DNA of 64,000 bases from a virus (lineage: Duplodnaviria; Heunggongvirae; Uroviricota; Caudoviricetes), in the IMG/VR virus record IMGVR_UViG_3300007735_000926, positions 69,683-133,682 of that record; one strand, written 5' to 3'. Numbering within the stretch: position 1 is the first letter of the stretch; the number at the start of each line of letters is the position of its first letter. The translations under genes were made by a program, and so were the position numbers. Shown one piece after another: positions 55,032 through 63,253 of the stretch. The notes beneath the pieces are model-generated. The model was not told where the DNA came from. It saw nothing but the letters and a program-made list of their open reading frames with translations, and ran no database searches.

Positions 55032-55304
55032 TTAGGCGGGCTTGAATTCAACCATGCCGTGAAGCGTGTCCTTGAAGGTGAACCAATCCCCGTTCGTTTT
55101 GATTTCCCTCGCATCGAACAGCAGGGCCGGATTGCCACCGCTTTCATCTACGAGAGCGAGGTGGTCTTGCACTGGTCCGAAGCAAGGGTTGACTTCAGCC
55201 TTCACGAAGTGGAAGCGTGCGGGATATTCCCGCATCACCCCGTCCACTTCGAAACGGGTGATGAGCGGGATGGAACGAAGGAGTGTGGCGAGCGTGTCGT
55301 TCAT
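55032..55304 (-). CDS. Array ORF, hypothetical (90 aa)
   Basis: Box + TAAACT + 9 nt + ATG; followed by terminator A. Confidence 0.7.
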   Translation of the reverse strand: MNDTLATLLRSIPLITRFEVDGVMREYPARFHFVKAEVNPCFGPVQDHLALVDESGGNPALLFDAREIKTNGDWFTFKDTLHGMVEFKPA

Positions 55305-55334
55305 GTCGTGGTCAGTTTATGCTAGTTTTTTAAA

Positions 55335-55562
55335 TCAGTAAAAGCCTCCGGGATAGCGTTCTGCCAGTTCCTCCCATGCTTTTTCGCATGCCGCTGCCTT
55401 GTCTTCGGCTTCCCTCGCCCACTTGGCGAGGATTGCATGGGCATTGGGAGTGGCCTTCATCCCACGCACGAAGAGGTCAAGGACTTTGTCACAGCTGTGG
55501 CCACAGCTGCCGTTGACAGTGAAATACCCGGCGTGGAAGGTGGTGGTGATGTGGTCGATCAT
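55335..55562 (-). CDS. Array ORF, hypothetical (75 aa)
   Basis: Box + TAGAAT + 11 nt + ATG. Confidence 0.7.
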   Translation of the reverse strand: MIDHITTTFHAGYFTVNGSCGHSCDKVLDLFVRGMKATPNAHAILAKWAREAEDKAAACEKAWEELAERYPGGFY

Positions 55563-55645
55563 GGTGTGCTAGGATTCTACCCTAGTTTTTAAACAGAAAA
55601 AGCCCCCGGCGTCCACCGTTCAGGTGAACACCGGGGGCGATTGAA

Positions 55646-55915
55646 TCAGAAGGTGCAGCAGCCGCAGCAGGGGGCATCCTCGCACCGCCCGTTGCGGTTG
55701 CGGTAGAAAGTCCCGCCGCTTGTCTTGAACACGTCAGAGACGTATCGGGAGCGCCGTGCAGAGGGCGTGGAGGGTGCAGACTCCACAAGGCTGCGGGCTT
55801 CGTCAGCCTTGTCCGCAGGGACTTCCCAACCCTTGCGGACAGAGTTCCAGCGGCCCCCCAGAGCCTTGATCTGTTCCTTGACGGGGTAGGTGTTGCCAGT
55901 AATGAGCGTGGTCAT
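55646..55915 (-). CDS. Array ORF, hypothetical (89 aa; GNTYPVKEQIKALGGRW motif, C-terminal CEDAPCCGCC)
   Basis: Box + CAAAAT + 9 nt + ATG. Confidence 0.75.
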   Translation of the reverse strand: MTTLITGNTYPVKEQIKALGGRWNSVRKGWEVPADKADEARSLVESAPSTPSARRSRYVSDVFKTSGGTFYRNRNGRCEDAPCCGCCTF

Positions 55916-55974
55916 GGTGCAGCTATTTTGGTGTAGTTTTTAAGCGTGTAGGATGCGCTTCCCCCCTTGTTGAA

Positions 55975-56340
55975 TCAAAGCTCGATCACCGTTGGCTCGT
56001 AATAGTAGTCGAGTGAACCGTTGAATTCGAAGCGGGTCCACTTCCCGTTCTCGTTGAGGCGGGTGTTGAGGATGGCGAGGACTTCCACATCACTGTGGGA
56101 TTCTGCCGTTGTGAGGTGGATGATGAAATCCTGCCCACCCTTGGCCTTGTAGCGACCGAAGGCCGGATCTCCAACGTGGTTTTCATCGCCATACCACTCC
56201 CAAATCTGGGCGCGGGTGATGTAGGGATTCAGGATTTCCACCTTGTCGGTTGGAACGATCACACCGTTGATCAAAAATCCCGCGTCGGTGTAAGTTGCGG
56301 TGACTTGCTTTCCTTCGTATCGCACTTGATAGGTCTTCAT
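55975..56340 (-). CDS. Array ORF, hypothetical (121 aa)
   Basis: Box + CAAAAT + 9 nt + ATG. Confidence 0.7.
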   Translation of the reverse strand: MKTYQVRYEGKQVTATYTDAGFLINGVIVPTDKVEILNPYITRAQIWEWYGDENHVGDPAFGRYKAKGGQDFIIHLTTAESHSDVEVLAILNTRLNENGKWTRFEFNGSLDYYYEPTVIEL

Positions 56341-56419
56341 GGCGTAGCTATTTTGCTCTAGTTTTTAAATAGAAAAAGCCCGGTGCTCACCGTTCAGGTG
56401 AACACCGGGCTGATGGCGA

Positions 56420-56761
56420 TCAGCCCTTGAGCTTGGCAAGGGCAATCTCGTTGAGTTGCCGGGAATACTTGGCGATCCGGGGATAGCCCTTGGCACCCTG
56501 TGGAGCGAGCCACGGCTCAATCTGCCAGTCCTGAAGCGTCCCGTGCTTCAGGAAATACTTCGCGGTAATGCTGCCGCGCTTTGCATCCGCGTGTTGGAAC
56601 CCGACATCATTGTCGTGGTTGGTGCGGTTGGCGTCCTTCTCGTCCTCCGTTTGACGCAGGAAGAGAGCGACGAGAGCGCGACCCACGACCTGAGCTTGAC
56701 GCTCGCGGGAGGCATTGAGCATTTCGAGGAGGGACTGCTTGGTGACGATGGTGGTCTTCAT
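56420..56761 (-). CDS. Array ORF, phage hypothetical (113 aa)
   Basis: Box + CAAACT + 9 nt + ATG; ALVAL..RQT.DE......N.VGF...DA motif. Confidence 0.75.
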   Translation of the reverse strand: MKTTIVTKQSLLEMLNASRERQAQVVGRALVALFLRQTEDEKDANRTNHDNDVGFQHADAKRGSITAKYFLKHGTLQDWQIEPWLAPQGAKGYPRIAKYSRQLNEIALAKLKG

Positions 56762-56835
56762 GGCGAGATCAGTTTGCTCTAGTTTTTAAATGAAAAAAAG
56801 CCCCCAGTGCTCAGGCGAACACTGGGGGCGATGAA

Positions 56836-57060
56836 TCACCAACCGAAACGGGGATGAGTGCGAGCTTTCAGAATGCGAAGGCGGCAATGGCGCAGCGCAG
56901 CGATGAGATTGGCCACTGGCATGTCGTAGATGTTTCCGGTTCTCGCGTTTCTCACGTTCAGCCAGAAGTGGATATTGTTGAATATCGTGGCTTTTGCACG
57001 ATACTCAGGAGTCGTTGGGGTGATTTCGATGATCGCGCCCTTGTAATGGATGGTCTTCAT
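56836..57060 (-). CDS. Array ORF, hypothetical (74 aa)
   Basis: Box + CAAAAT + 9 nt + ATG. Confidence 0.7.
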   Translation of the reverse strand: MKTIHYKGAIIEITPTTPEYRAKATIFNNIHFWLNVRNARTGNIYDMPVANLIAALRHCRLRILKARTHPRFGW

Positions 57061-57098
57061 GGTGCTGCGATTTTGGTGTAGTTTTTAACAAAGAGATG

Positions 57099-57131
57099 CC
57101 CCCTCTCCGAACCACCGGAGAGGGGGACTTT
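57099..57131. terminator. Hairpin type B (related copy at 61267-61303)
   Basis: 11-bp stem ccccctctccg/cggagaggggg. Confidence 0.65.
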
Positions 57132-57140
57132 TGCCATGAC

Positions 57141-57422
57141 TTACACCGAGACCTTGATCCACTCGCGGGAGTCGATGGCGACACCGTTGAGCATGGGGGT
57201 GAAATCTTTTTGGTGGAAACGGGCACCCGTGATGCCGTTGACACGCTCCCGAGTGGTGGGAGTGTTCCACCCGGCGAGGGTGGCGTAGATGCCATCCTCA
57301 CGGCGTTCCACGATCTTGTTGCCGTGGAGCCAGACGGCGTTGCCATCGGTGCGGGTGTTGCCAATGGTGCGGGCCTTGTTGGCGTGGAAGGCGGCGGCGA
57401 TGTTCTTGGTGACAGTTCTCAT
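57141..57422 (-). CDS. Array ORF, phage hypothetical (93 aa)
   Basis: Box + CAAAAT + 9 nt + ATG; WLHGNKI...AGW.TPTTRER.N motif. Confidence 0.75.
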   Translation of the reverse strand: MRTVTKNIAAAFHANKARTIGNTRTDGNAVWLHGNKIVERREDGIYATLAGWNTPTTRERVNGITGARFHQKDFTPMLNGVAIDSREWIKVSV

Positions 57423-57449
57423 GGTGCAGCTATTTTGGTGTAGTTTTTA

Positions 57450-57482
57450 AGCGTGTAGGATGCGCTTCCCCCTTACGTGTAG
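57450..57482. repeat. Type C intergenic element agcgtgtaggatgcgcttcccccttacgtgtag (copies at 59445 and 60863; shorter copies at 55943 and 58493)
   Basis: 33-nt identical in three copies, always abutting the 9-bp box. Confidence 0.85.
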
Positions 57483-57489
57483 TTCAGAA

Positions 57490-57765
57490 TTATTCCCGTC
57501 CGAAAAGCGGCTGGATTTCGTAATCCTGCAATTTTCCATTCTGATCGGGCGCTTTGATGACGAAAACTCCCGTCATGATTTCGTGGCATTCCACGGGGTT
57601 GTTGCGGTCGATCAAAAGAAAGTGGTCGCCATCGTTGATCTCCAGATGTAGCTGATCCCCGTGTTCATCGAATTCAGCGGGAAAGGTGAGTTGTTCACCA
57701 TCCACTTTTGCGGCAACGCAATCGTAGAGTTCAGACCAGAGTTTTTCGTATGTGTCGTTCGTCAT
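57490..57765 (-). CDS. Array ORF, acidic hypothetical (91 aa)
   Basis: Box + CAAAAT + 9 nt + ATG. Confidence 0.7.
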   Translation of the reverse strand: MTNDTYEKLWSELYDCVAAKVDGEQLTFPAEFDEHGDQLHLEINDGDHFLLIDRNNPVECHEIMTGVFVIKAPDQNGKLQDYEIQPLFGRE

Positions 57766-57792
57766 GGTGCAGCTATTTTGGTGTAGTTTTTA

Positions 57793-57960
57793 TCAGTGGG
57801 CGAAGGCAGTGAAGATGATTGCAGCGGCGTAAAGCATGGAGAAAAAAGTCACTCCGAAGGTGCCACCCACGATGGCTTCCCAGAGGGAAGCACCACCCCC
57901 GAGGAGGGCGAGTGCAGGAAGCAAAAAGGTCAGGGCCGCGATGAGGATCAGAGGATTCAT
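57793..57960 (-). CDS. Array ORF, 55-aa two-helix membrane peptide (not in ORF track)
   Basis: MNPLILIAALTFLLPALALLGGGASLWEAIVGGTFGVTFFSMLYAAAIIFTAFAH*; lacks its own box but keeps GCACC-ATG. Confidence 0.6.
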   Translation of the reverse strand: MNPLILIAALTFLLPALALLGGGASLWEAIVGGTFGVTFFSMLYAAAIIFTAFAH

Positions 57961-57971
57961 GGTGCAGTGAG

Positions 57972-58097
57972 TCAGGGGTGCTCGAATGCCTTGATTACCA
58001 ACGCGATGAAGATTAGTCCGATCCAGCCTAGTGGGGTGCAGAGGACGATGAGGACTGTGGTGAACAGTCCATCAAGGATTTGAGCAAGGTATTTCAT
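57972..58097 (-). CDS. Array ORF, 41-aa membrane peptide (not in ORF track)
   Basis: MKYLAQILDGLFTTVLIVLCTPLGWIGLIFIALVIKAFEHP*; box + 9 nt. Confidence 0.65.
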   Translation of the reverse strand: MKYLAQILDGLFTTVLIVLCTPLGWIGLIFIALVIKAFEHP

Positions 58098-58121
58098 GGT
58101 GCCGTGATTTTGGTGTAGTTT

Positions 58122-58352
58122 TTAAGCGTGTGAGGTCGATGGGGAACCCATCCATGCTTCAAACATTTCGCGCCGTTTTTTCTCAGCGTCTTCGAGTTTC
58201 AAGAACAAGTATTCGGACTCGGATTTCGAAAATAACATGCCACTGTCAGCTATGTAATCGCCATAGCGAGGACAATAATTCAGATTTACCTCCTCGATAA
58301 TTGGCAAAATGTAGCTCCCAAATCTTTTCGGTATGATGGCGAATCTCTTCAT
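58122..58352 (-). CDS. Array ORF, hypothetical (76 aa)
   Basis: Box + 9 nt; stop TAA is the first 3 nt of the next box. Confidence 0.7.
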   Translation of the reverse strand: MKRFAIIPKRFGSYILPIIEEVNLNYCPRYGDYIADSGMLFSKSESEYLFLKLEDAEKKRREMFEAWMGSPSTSHA

Positions 58353-58393
58353 GGTGCCGTGATTTTGGTGTAGTTTTTACAGATCTCGGTGTG

Positions 58394-58468
58394 TCATTTT
58401 GTCACACCTTGCAGGAAGTCGATGAGATCTTGGATGTCGTGCTCGGTCATGGTGGCGATGTCAGGCAT
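58394..58468 (-). CDS. Array ORF, 24-aa peptide (not in ORF track)
   Basis: MPDIATMTEHDIQDLIDFLQGVTK*; box + 6 nt. Confidence 0.5.
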   Translation of the reverse strand: MPDIATMTEHDIQDLIDFLQGVTK

Positions 58469-58523
58469 GGCACGATTTTGGTGTAGTTTTTAAGCGTGTA
58501 GGATGCGCTTCCCCCTTGTTGAT

Positions 58524-58811
58524 TCAGATCCAACCACAGACCAGCAGCCACGAGGGGCTTCCGTCCTCACCGTAGCCATCAGGCTCAACACGCTTGCCCG
58601 TAGGGGTCAGGCAGATAGCCTCGTATCCCCAGCGTTCCAGCAATGCGTCGGATGGCACCTTGAAGGCCGAAGTGATGCGCACTTGCAACGGTTCCGGGTG
58701 TAGTGGCGAATGCACAAGGCATCGGCTGTCTTTTCCCGGAATGAACGAGACGGGGAGACCCTTTGGGAGTGTGGAACCGTCCTTGAGCTTGATTTCCTTT
58801 TTGGTTTTCAT
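58524..58811 (-). CDS. Array ORF, phage hypothetical (95 aa)
   Basis: Box + 9 nt; C.TP.G..VEPDG....G.PSWL motif. Confidence 0.75.
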   Translation of the reverse strand: MKTKKEIKLKDGSTLPKGLPVSFIPGKDSRCLVHSPLHPEPLQVRITSAFKVPSDALLERWGYEAICLTPTGKRVEPDGYGEDGSPSWLLVCGWI

Positions 58812-58838
58812 GGCGAGAGTATTTTGCCGTAGTTTTTA

Positions 58839-58979
58839 TCAGGCGTATTGCGCTCCGATCAATTCATTTCCCCAGTAAACGGGACGGCGAGCGAAATCCG
58901 AGATGGCGATGGCGGCGTCCCGCGTGACAGCATAGGCGAGAACGCCGCCAGAGAAGGTGAATAGCATGTCGGTCTTCAT
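58839..58979 (-). CDS. Array ORF, 46 aa (not in ORF track)
   Basis: MKTDMLFTFSGGVLAYAVTRDAAIAISDFARRPVYWGNELIGAQYA*; TGA abuts the next box. Confidence 0.6.
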   Translation of the reverse strand: MKTDMLFTFSGGVLAYAVTRDAAIAISDFARRPVYWGNELIGAQYA

Positions 58980-59003
58980 GGTGCTGCGATTTTATTGTAG
59001 TTT

Positions 59004-59417
59004 TTACGAGATTCTGTCAATTTGATCCTCAATCATTTCGATTGGAATCTCTGGCATTTGCTCGCAGATATTATTCAACATGTTTTCACGCCGCCATTCA
59101 TCATCCGCTTGTCCATCATCTGAAAAGTCATTTCGCCAAGGATCAGACATGGAGCAATCATAAGAGCGGTATTCCTGATAAATGATGTCTTTTTGCTTAT
59201 CAGTAAGCTCAATTTCAACAATCGAATCAGGTTCTTGCATAAAAACAAAAGAATCAAAATCTGCGGTATTACCATTATTATCAATTGCAGGCTGCTGCAA
59301 AGCGTGATAGCCTTTGATGCCATAAGCATCCGCTCGCACCATTTTAAGAATCATACCGTCGAAATTGCGGTTGAATGCTAGACCATCAGATGATAAGACT
59401 TTGAAGAAACGGCTCAT
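59004..59417 (-). CDS. Array ORF, acidic hypothetical (137 aa), lower GC than its neighbours
   Basis: Box + TAAAAT + 9 nt; TAA within the next box. Confidence 0.7.
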   Translation of the reverse strand: MSRFFKVLSSDGLAFNRNFDGMILKMVRADAYGIKGYHALQQPAIDNNGNTADFDSFVFMQEPDSIVEIELTDKQKDIIYQEYRSYDCSMSDPWRNDFSDDGQADDEWRRENMLNNICEQMPEIPIEMIEDQIDRIS

Positions 59418-59478
59418 GGTGCTGCGATTTTATTGTAGTTTTTAAGCGTGTAGGATGCGCTTCCCCCTTACGTGTAGA

Positions 59479-59619
59479 TCAGTCGAGATTGAAAGCCCTT
59501 TTGTATTGAGCTTCAGCGACTTGCTTCGACAACCAACTTTGCTGTTGGAAGATTCGAGCGCCATAGATTGGTTTGCGCGCCCGAGTGAACAGTAATGTGA
59601 TCCAATTGATGATCTTCAT
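59479..59619 (-). CDS. Array ORF, 46 aa (not in ORF track)
   Basis: MKIINWITLLFTRARKPIYGARIFQQQSWLSKQVAEAQYKRAFNLD*; box + TAGAAT + 9 nt. Confidence 0.6.
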   Translation of the reverse strand: MKIINWITLLFTRARKPIYGARIFQQQSWLSKQVAEAQYKRAFNLD

Positions 59620-59643
59620 GGTGCTGCAATTCTACTGTAGTTT

Positions 59644-59778
59644 TTATTCGTTTGGAATTGTCCAACGATGGTTGATGAACCCGGTCACTTTATTGAAGTT
59701 GCGGGTGATCTCGTGGATGATGATCATTTCACCACCATCCACGAGAGCGAGATTCCAGAGGAAGAAGCGTTGTCGCAT
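59644..59778 (-). CDS. Array ORF, 44 aa (not in ORF track)
   Basis: MRQRFFLWNLALVDGGEMIIIHEITRNFNKVTGFINHRWTIPNE*; box + 6 nt; TAA within the next box. Confidence 0.6.
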   Translation of the reverse strand: MRQRFFLWNLALVDGGEMIIIHEITRNFNKVTGFINHRWTIPNE

Positions 59779-59799
59779 GTCCTCATTCTACTGTAGTTT

Positions 59800-60270
59800 T
59801 TATTCCTCCTTGTCTTCCTCTTCGTCCTCTTCGTCATCCCAAGGCTCGAATCCCATTTCGTTTTGAATGAAATCCCGGAATGCTTTTCGATCCCCATCGA
59901 TGAACACCCTTTCCTCCTCATCCCCAGCTTCGAAAACGGTCTCCCCGCAGAATTGCATACCTTCCTCGCAATAGCGCAGAGTAAACCCGTCATCAGGAAA
60001 CTGTTCACTCAGCTTGCGAATCGCTTCGATGGGAGGAGACCATGCGGTGTCGAATCCACAGGCACCTTCAGCGATCAATTCGTTGGCAGCTTCGCGCTGA
60101 TCTTCATCGCACAGATCCCACTTTGTGGACCACGCTTCGTTCTGCGCTTCCACAGTGTCGTCACACGGTGCGATCTTCTTGAAAGAAAGACCATGCACGC
60201 GCAGATAATTTACAAGCTCATTGGACATTGGAGAGTCCACCGTCAGTTGGTTTTGGCACCAGTTGGGCAT
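59800..60270 (-). CDS. Array ORF, DUF1281/YubB ferredoxin-like fold protein
   Basis: MPNWC.N.L, WSTKWD, FDTAWSPP...I.KLSEQFP, L.Y.EEGM.FCG. Confidence 0.75.
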   Translation of the reverse strand: MPNWCQNQLTVDSPMSNELVNYLRVHGLSFKKIAPCDDTVEAQNEAWSTKWDLCDEDQREAANELIAEGACGFDTAWSPPIEAIRKLSEQFPDDGFTLRYCEEGMQFCGETVFEAGDEEERVFIDGDRKAFRDFIQNEMGFEPWDDEEDEEEDKEE

Positions 60271-60296
60271 GTCAGTATTTTGGTGTAGTTTTTAAA

Positions 60297-60626
60297 TCAA
60301 ATTTGTTCAATCTTGATCCAGAACGAGTCTCCGATGTTTATGTTCATCTGTTCAAGAAATGTTCGTTCTTCGACACACAACACGAATTCGAGACTTCCGA
60401 ATTTCACATAATTCCTGTCGGAATAAGAAATTCTTTTCCAACCCTTTCGCTTTGGATTGTTGCGACTGAAAAATCCACGAACATCAGACGGCGCTTCATA
60501 AACGGGGATGCCCAGAATTGCAGTTGCGAATTTTCGACAAATGGCAATATCTTTTCCTTTCACATAATAAAAGGCTCCCAACCGCAGGTTCATCAAAAAG
60601 GTCATTCGGCTTTTGTTCGGTGTCAT
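60297..60626 (-). CDS. Array ORF, hypothetical (109 aa)
   Basis: Box + TAGAAT + 9 nt. Confidence 0.7.
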   Translation of the reverse strand: MTPNKSRMTFLMNLRLGAFYYVKGKDIAICRKFATAILGIPVYEAPSDVRGFFSRNNPKRKGWKRISYSDRNYVKFGSLEFVLCVEERTFLEQMNINIGDSFWIKIEQI

Positions 60627-60655
60627 GGTGCTGCAATTCTACTGTAGTTTTTAAA

Positions 60656-60838
60656 TCAAGCGAAGTAGTAGACACCACAGGCTTGAATGAATTTGTCACG
60701 ATCAAACCGTGGGAACTCCTTGGCAAAGGCATCCGCGAAAGTGTTTGCAACGGACAGCTTCTGTGCCCTCAGAGAGGCAGAGAACGATGGCATGGAGTTG
60801 ATGGTGGCGGCGACAAGTTCGAAGTGCTTCTTGGTCAT
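60656..60838 (-). CDS. Array ORF, phage hypothetical (60 aa)
   Basis: MTKKHF..A.........NPRFD..KF..ACG-type motif; box + 6 nt. Confidence 0.7.
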   Translation of the reverse strand: MTKKHFELVAATINSMPSFSASLRAQKLSVANTFADAFAKEFPRFDRDKFIQACGVYYFA

Positions 60839-60896
60839 GGCGTTATTTTGGTGTAGTTTTTAAGCGTGTAGGATGCGCTTCCCCCTTACGTGTAGA

Positions 60897-61109
60897 TCAG
60901 TCGAACAGATTTTCAACGTGGCGAACGATCCAAGGCTGATTGTGCCCCTTCTCGATTGCTGTGAAGATTTCGTGGGTGCCATAGAACGCTCGAACAGTTC
61001 CGGCACTGTTGTCGCGAACGACATTCAAACCAGCTTGTTTCATGGCCTTGACCATACCATCCACATGGTCCTTGGTGAGCAGAAACGACTTGAATTTTGG
61101 TTTGGTCAT
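60897..61109 (-). CDS. Array ORF, 70 aa (start revised to MTKPKF)
   Basis: Box at 61125 + 6 nt defines the ATG at 61109. Confidence 0.7.
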   Translation of the reverse strand: MTKPKFKSFLLTKDHVDGMVKAMKQAGLNVVRDNSAGTVRAFYGTHEIFTAIEKGHNQPWIVRHVENLFD

Positions 61110-61131
61110 GGCGTTATTTTGGTGTAGTTTT

Positions 61132-61236
61132 TTAAAACAGAACGAGATACCAGAGAATGACAGCAATGCCATAGAAAAGTAAACTTCGGGTTCCGACAGC
61201 AATGAGCGATACGATGATGGCGAGTAGGAATTGCAT
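61132..61236 (-). CDS. Array ORF, 34-aa membrane peptide (not in ORF track)
   Basis: MQFLLAIIVSLIAVGTRSLLFYGIAVILWYLVLF*; TAA within the next box. Confidence 0.6.
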   Translation of the reverse strand: MQFLLAIIVSLIAVGTRSLLFYGIAVILWYLVLF

Positions 61237-61317
61237 GCAGCGATTTTGGTGTAGTTTTTAAAATTTGCCTCCCCTCTCCGACCACCAGAGAGAGGAGGGC
61301 TTTACCATGAACAAATT

Positions 61318-61542
61318 TCAGTATTGTTTGAACTCTCCGGTCGCTGTCTGCGCATTGTATCCCGCAGCATATTCAGCGACTTCTTCGGGAGTCAGATCGA
61401 TGATCTTCTCACCCTTGTAGGTTCCATCAGGATACCAATGGGGATCGAAAGCCCGCAGGTAGTAGCTATCGGCACCACCACGGTCGAAGAGAGAGCCATG
61501 ACGTTTGCGGTCGAATTGAGGAAGCGTTGCAGTATCAGACAT
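61318..61542 (-). CDS. Array ORF, phage hypothetical (74 aa)
   Basis: HG..FDRG.ADSYY.R..DPH....E..EY.AGY motif; box + 6 nt. Confidence 0.75.
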   Translation of the reverse strand: MSDTATLPQFDRKRHGSLFDRGGADSYYLRAFDPHWYPDGTYKGEKIIDLTPEEVAEYAAGYNAQTATGEFKQY

Positions 61543-61566
61543 GCCAGTATTTTGGTGTAGTTTTTA

Positions 61567-61722
61567 TCAAGGGAAGTAGAGGATTGGGAAGGAGTATTCC
61601 ACATCAAAATCCGATTGGGAATAAGTCTCAAGAACTTCCAATTCTTGGAGCTTTTCCACCCACTTGCGAATGCGCTCGGGATCGATTCCTTCTTTGAAGA
61701 CCAGTAGAGTAGCGACTTGCAT
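61567..61722 (-). CDS. Array ORF, 51 aa (not in ORF track)
   Basis: MQVATLLVFKEGIDPERIRKWVEKLQELEVLETYSQSDFDVEYSFPILYFP*; TGA abuts the next box. Confidence 0.6.
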   Translation of the reverse strand: MQVATLLVFKEGIDPERIRKWVEKLQELEVLETYSQSDFDVEYSFPILYFP

Positions 61723-61743
61723 GCCAGTATTTTGGTGTAGTTT

Positions 61744-62001
61744 TTATGCGAAGCGGGCCACCACCGTCGAACTTCCCACCACCGAATTTACTTTCAATTC
61801 TTCTTTGAAGAAGCAATCGTTGCGATCAGAATTCCAACCGCTGTAGAGAAACTTGCGCCCGTCATAAGTCAGGACTTTGTTTCGGATCTTTTCCACATCA
61901 TCCCATCCATTAGGAACTGAGAGATACAACCATCCGCGCCCATCGGTGGCAAGACGGTATTCTGCTTTGATTTCCTTCGGATCGATTGTGGCGGTGATCA
62001 T
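61744..62001 (-). CDS. Array ORF, hypothetical (85 aa)
   Basis: Box + TAGAAT + 6 nt; TAA within the next box. Confidence 0.7.
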   Translation of the reverse strand: MITATIDPKEIKAEYRLATDGRGWLYLSVPNGWDDVEKIRNKVLTYDGRKFLYSGWNSDRNDCFFKEELKVNSVVGSSTVVARFA

Positions 62002-62022
62002 GTCGAAATTCTACTGTAGTTT

Positions 62023-62211
62023 TTAAACGAATTCGTATTCTCCCTTTTCGAGAACAATGGCAGGACCATCTTCATCTTCGAAAACAAAGATCTTGCCTTT
62101 CTCTTCCCAATCCGGCAGATTGGTGGCATGAATGAATTCGTAATTCTTTGTATTGTCGAGAACGAAATTGGTTCCCATCAGCGAGTAATTCTCAAGCGGT
62201 CGAACTTGCAT
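62023..62211 (-). CDS. Array ORF, hypothetical (62 aa)
   Basis: Box + 6 nt; TAA within the next box. Confidence 0.7.
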   Translation of the reverse strand: MQVRPLENYSLMGTNFVLDNTKNYEFIHATNLPDWEEKGKIFVFEDEDGPAIVLEKGEYEFV

Positions 62212-62235
62212 GCCAGTATTTTGGTGTAGTTTTTA

Positions 62236-62796
62236 TCAGGAAATTCCCTGCCACAGTTTCACTTCCCAATTCCTGCGGATGACCAGCCCGCGCAATGTCT
62301 TGCCAGCTGCTTTACAATAAAGTGGCAGCAACTTGGGCACACTATCATAATTGCCAGAGTTGAGTCTATTCTTCCCATTGATCAGAGCATCAAGACAATC
62401 CTCATTTGTGTTGTGAGTAAAGCTAACAAGTGCTGCAAGCTGATACTCTGTCAACTTAACCTTAACTTTAGACAGAACCAATTTCTTCGTTTCAATCAAT
62501 TCTTGCTTGAGGATAGACTCTGCTGTGGACATGCTCATACTATTGCCAGCGTATTTACCAGTGTGTCCATATCCAACAGTCAAAACACCAGCAGGACAAC
62601 GATATGGATTGGCACGATATGACTCGAAACTCTTAACTTTCTCTGTCATCTTGTCAGTCCATGCGATCTTATGTTTTGGTGTGACAAGCACAGGATAGCT
62701 TTTCAGATGTTTAACTATCGAAATACTTGGCACTGTCTGCACAGATAACGCGACAATTGCACATGTTAGAGATGCAACGATCATGATTGTTTTCAT
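62236..62796 (-). CDS. GH24 phage lysozyme with N-terminal hydrophobic anchor (start revised to MKTIM)
   Basis: FESYRANPYRCPAGVLTVGYGHT (E-x8-C-x5-T), QLAALVSF..N, AGK.L.GLV.RR..E. Confidence 0.85.
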   Translation of the reverse strand: MKTIMIVASLTCAIVALSVQTVPSISIVKHLKSYPVLVTPKHKIAWTDKMTEKVKSFESYRANPYRCPAGVLTVGYGHTGKYAGNSMSMSTAESILKQELIETKKLVLSKVKVKLTEYQLAALVSFTHNTNEDCLDALINGKNRLNSGNYDSVPKLLPLYCKAAGKTLRGLVIRRNWEVKLWQGIS

Positions 62797-62825
62797 TTGA
62801 ATATGCCACAATTTTGGTGTAGTTT

Positions 62826-63230
62826 TTATTCGCTGTCAACCACCCTATCAAATGGAATCTCGACAAAGTGATCCATCTCTTGCACCATAGCAATCGACTG
62901 ACGATCAGAATCAAATCGATTTATGACAGAGTATCGTCGGATAACCATATCATATTCCGCACAGAAATCATAAAACCTTTTGCTTGTTCCAAACCACTTG
63001 CGCAGTTTGTTCAGTGAACAAAAGCCATAACGCGATGAGTCACAATGATAATCACCCAAGCCATTTTGATACGGGGACTTATGATACGCGTCAGAAAAAC
63101 ATAAGTCTAGTCGAACTCTTACCAGAGAACAAAAATACCACCAGCTATTCGTGTCTTTCGATTTACAACGGTGATTGTAAAAACCGATTTGAGTTTCTTT
63201 GTTTTCAAGGCGATACAAGAACTTCGGCAT
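62826..63230 (-). CDS. Array ORF, hypothetical (134 aa)
   Basis: Box + 6 nt; TAA within the next box. Confidence 0.7.
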   Translation of the reverse strand: MPKFLYRLENKETQIGFYNHRCKSKDTNSWWYFCSLVRVRLDLCFSDAYHKSPYQNGLGDYHCDSSRYGFCSLNKLRKWFGTSKRFYDFCAEYDMVIRRYSVINRFDSDRQSIAMVQEMDHFVEIPFDRVVDSE

Positions 63231-63253
63231 GCCATGATTTTGGTTTAGTTTTT

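Noticed and set aside
54610-55325. ORFs 54610-54801(-), 54801-55325(+) and 54830-55147(-)
   Set aside because: They run through low-complexity A/T tracts, boxes and a terminator, and overlap a motif-supported ORF; the region is better explained as non-coding
60897-61202. 101-aa version of the ORF starting at 61202
   Set aside because: It would read through a box and overlap the 34-aa cassette; the motif places the start at 61109
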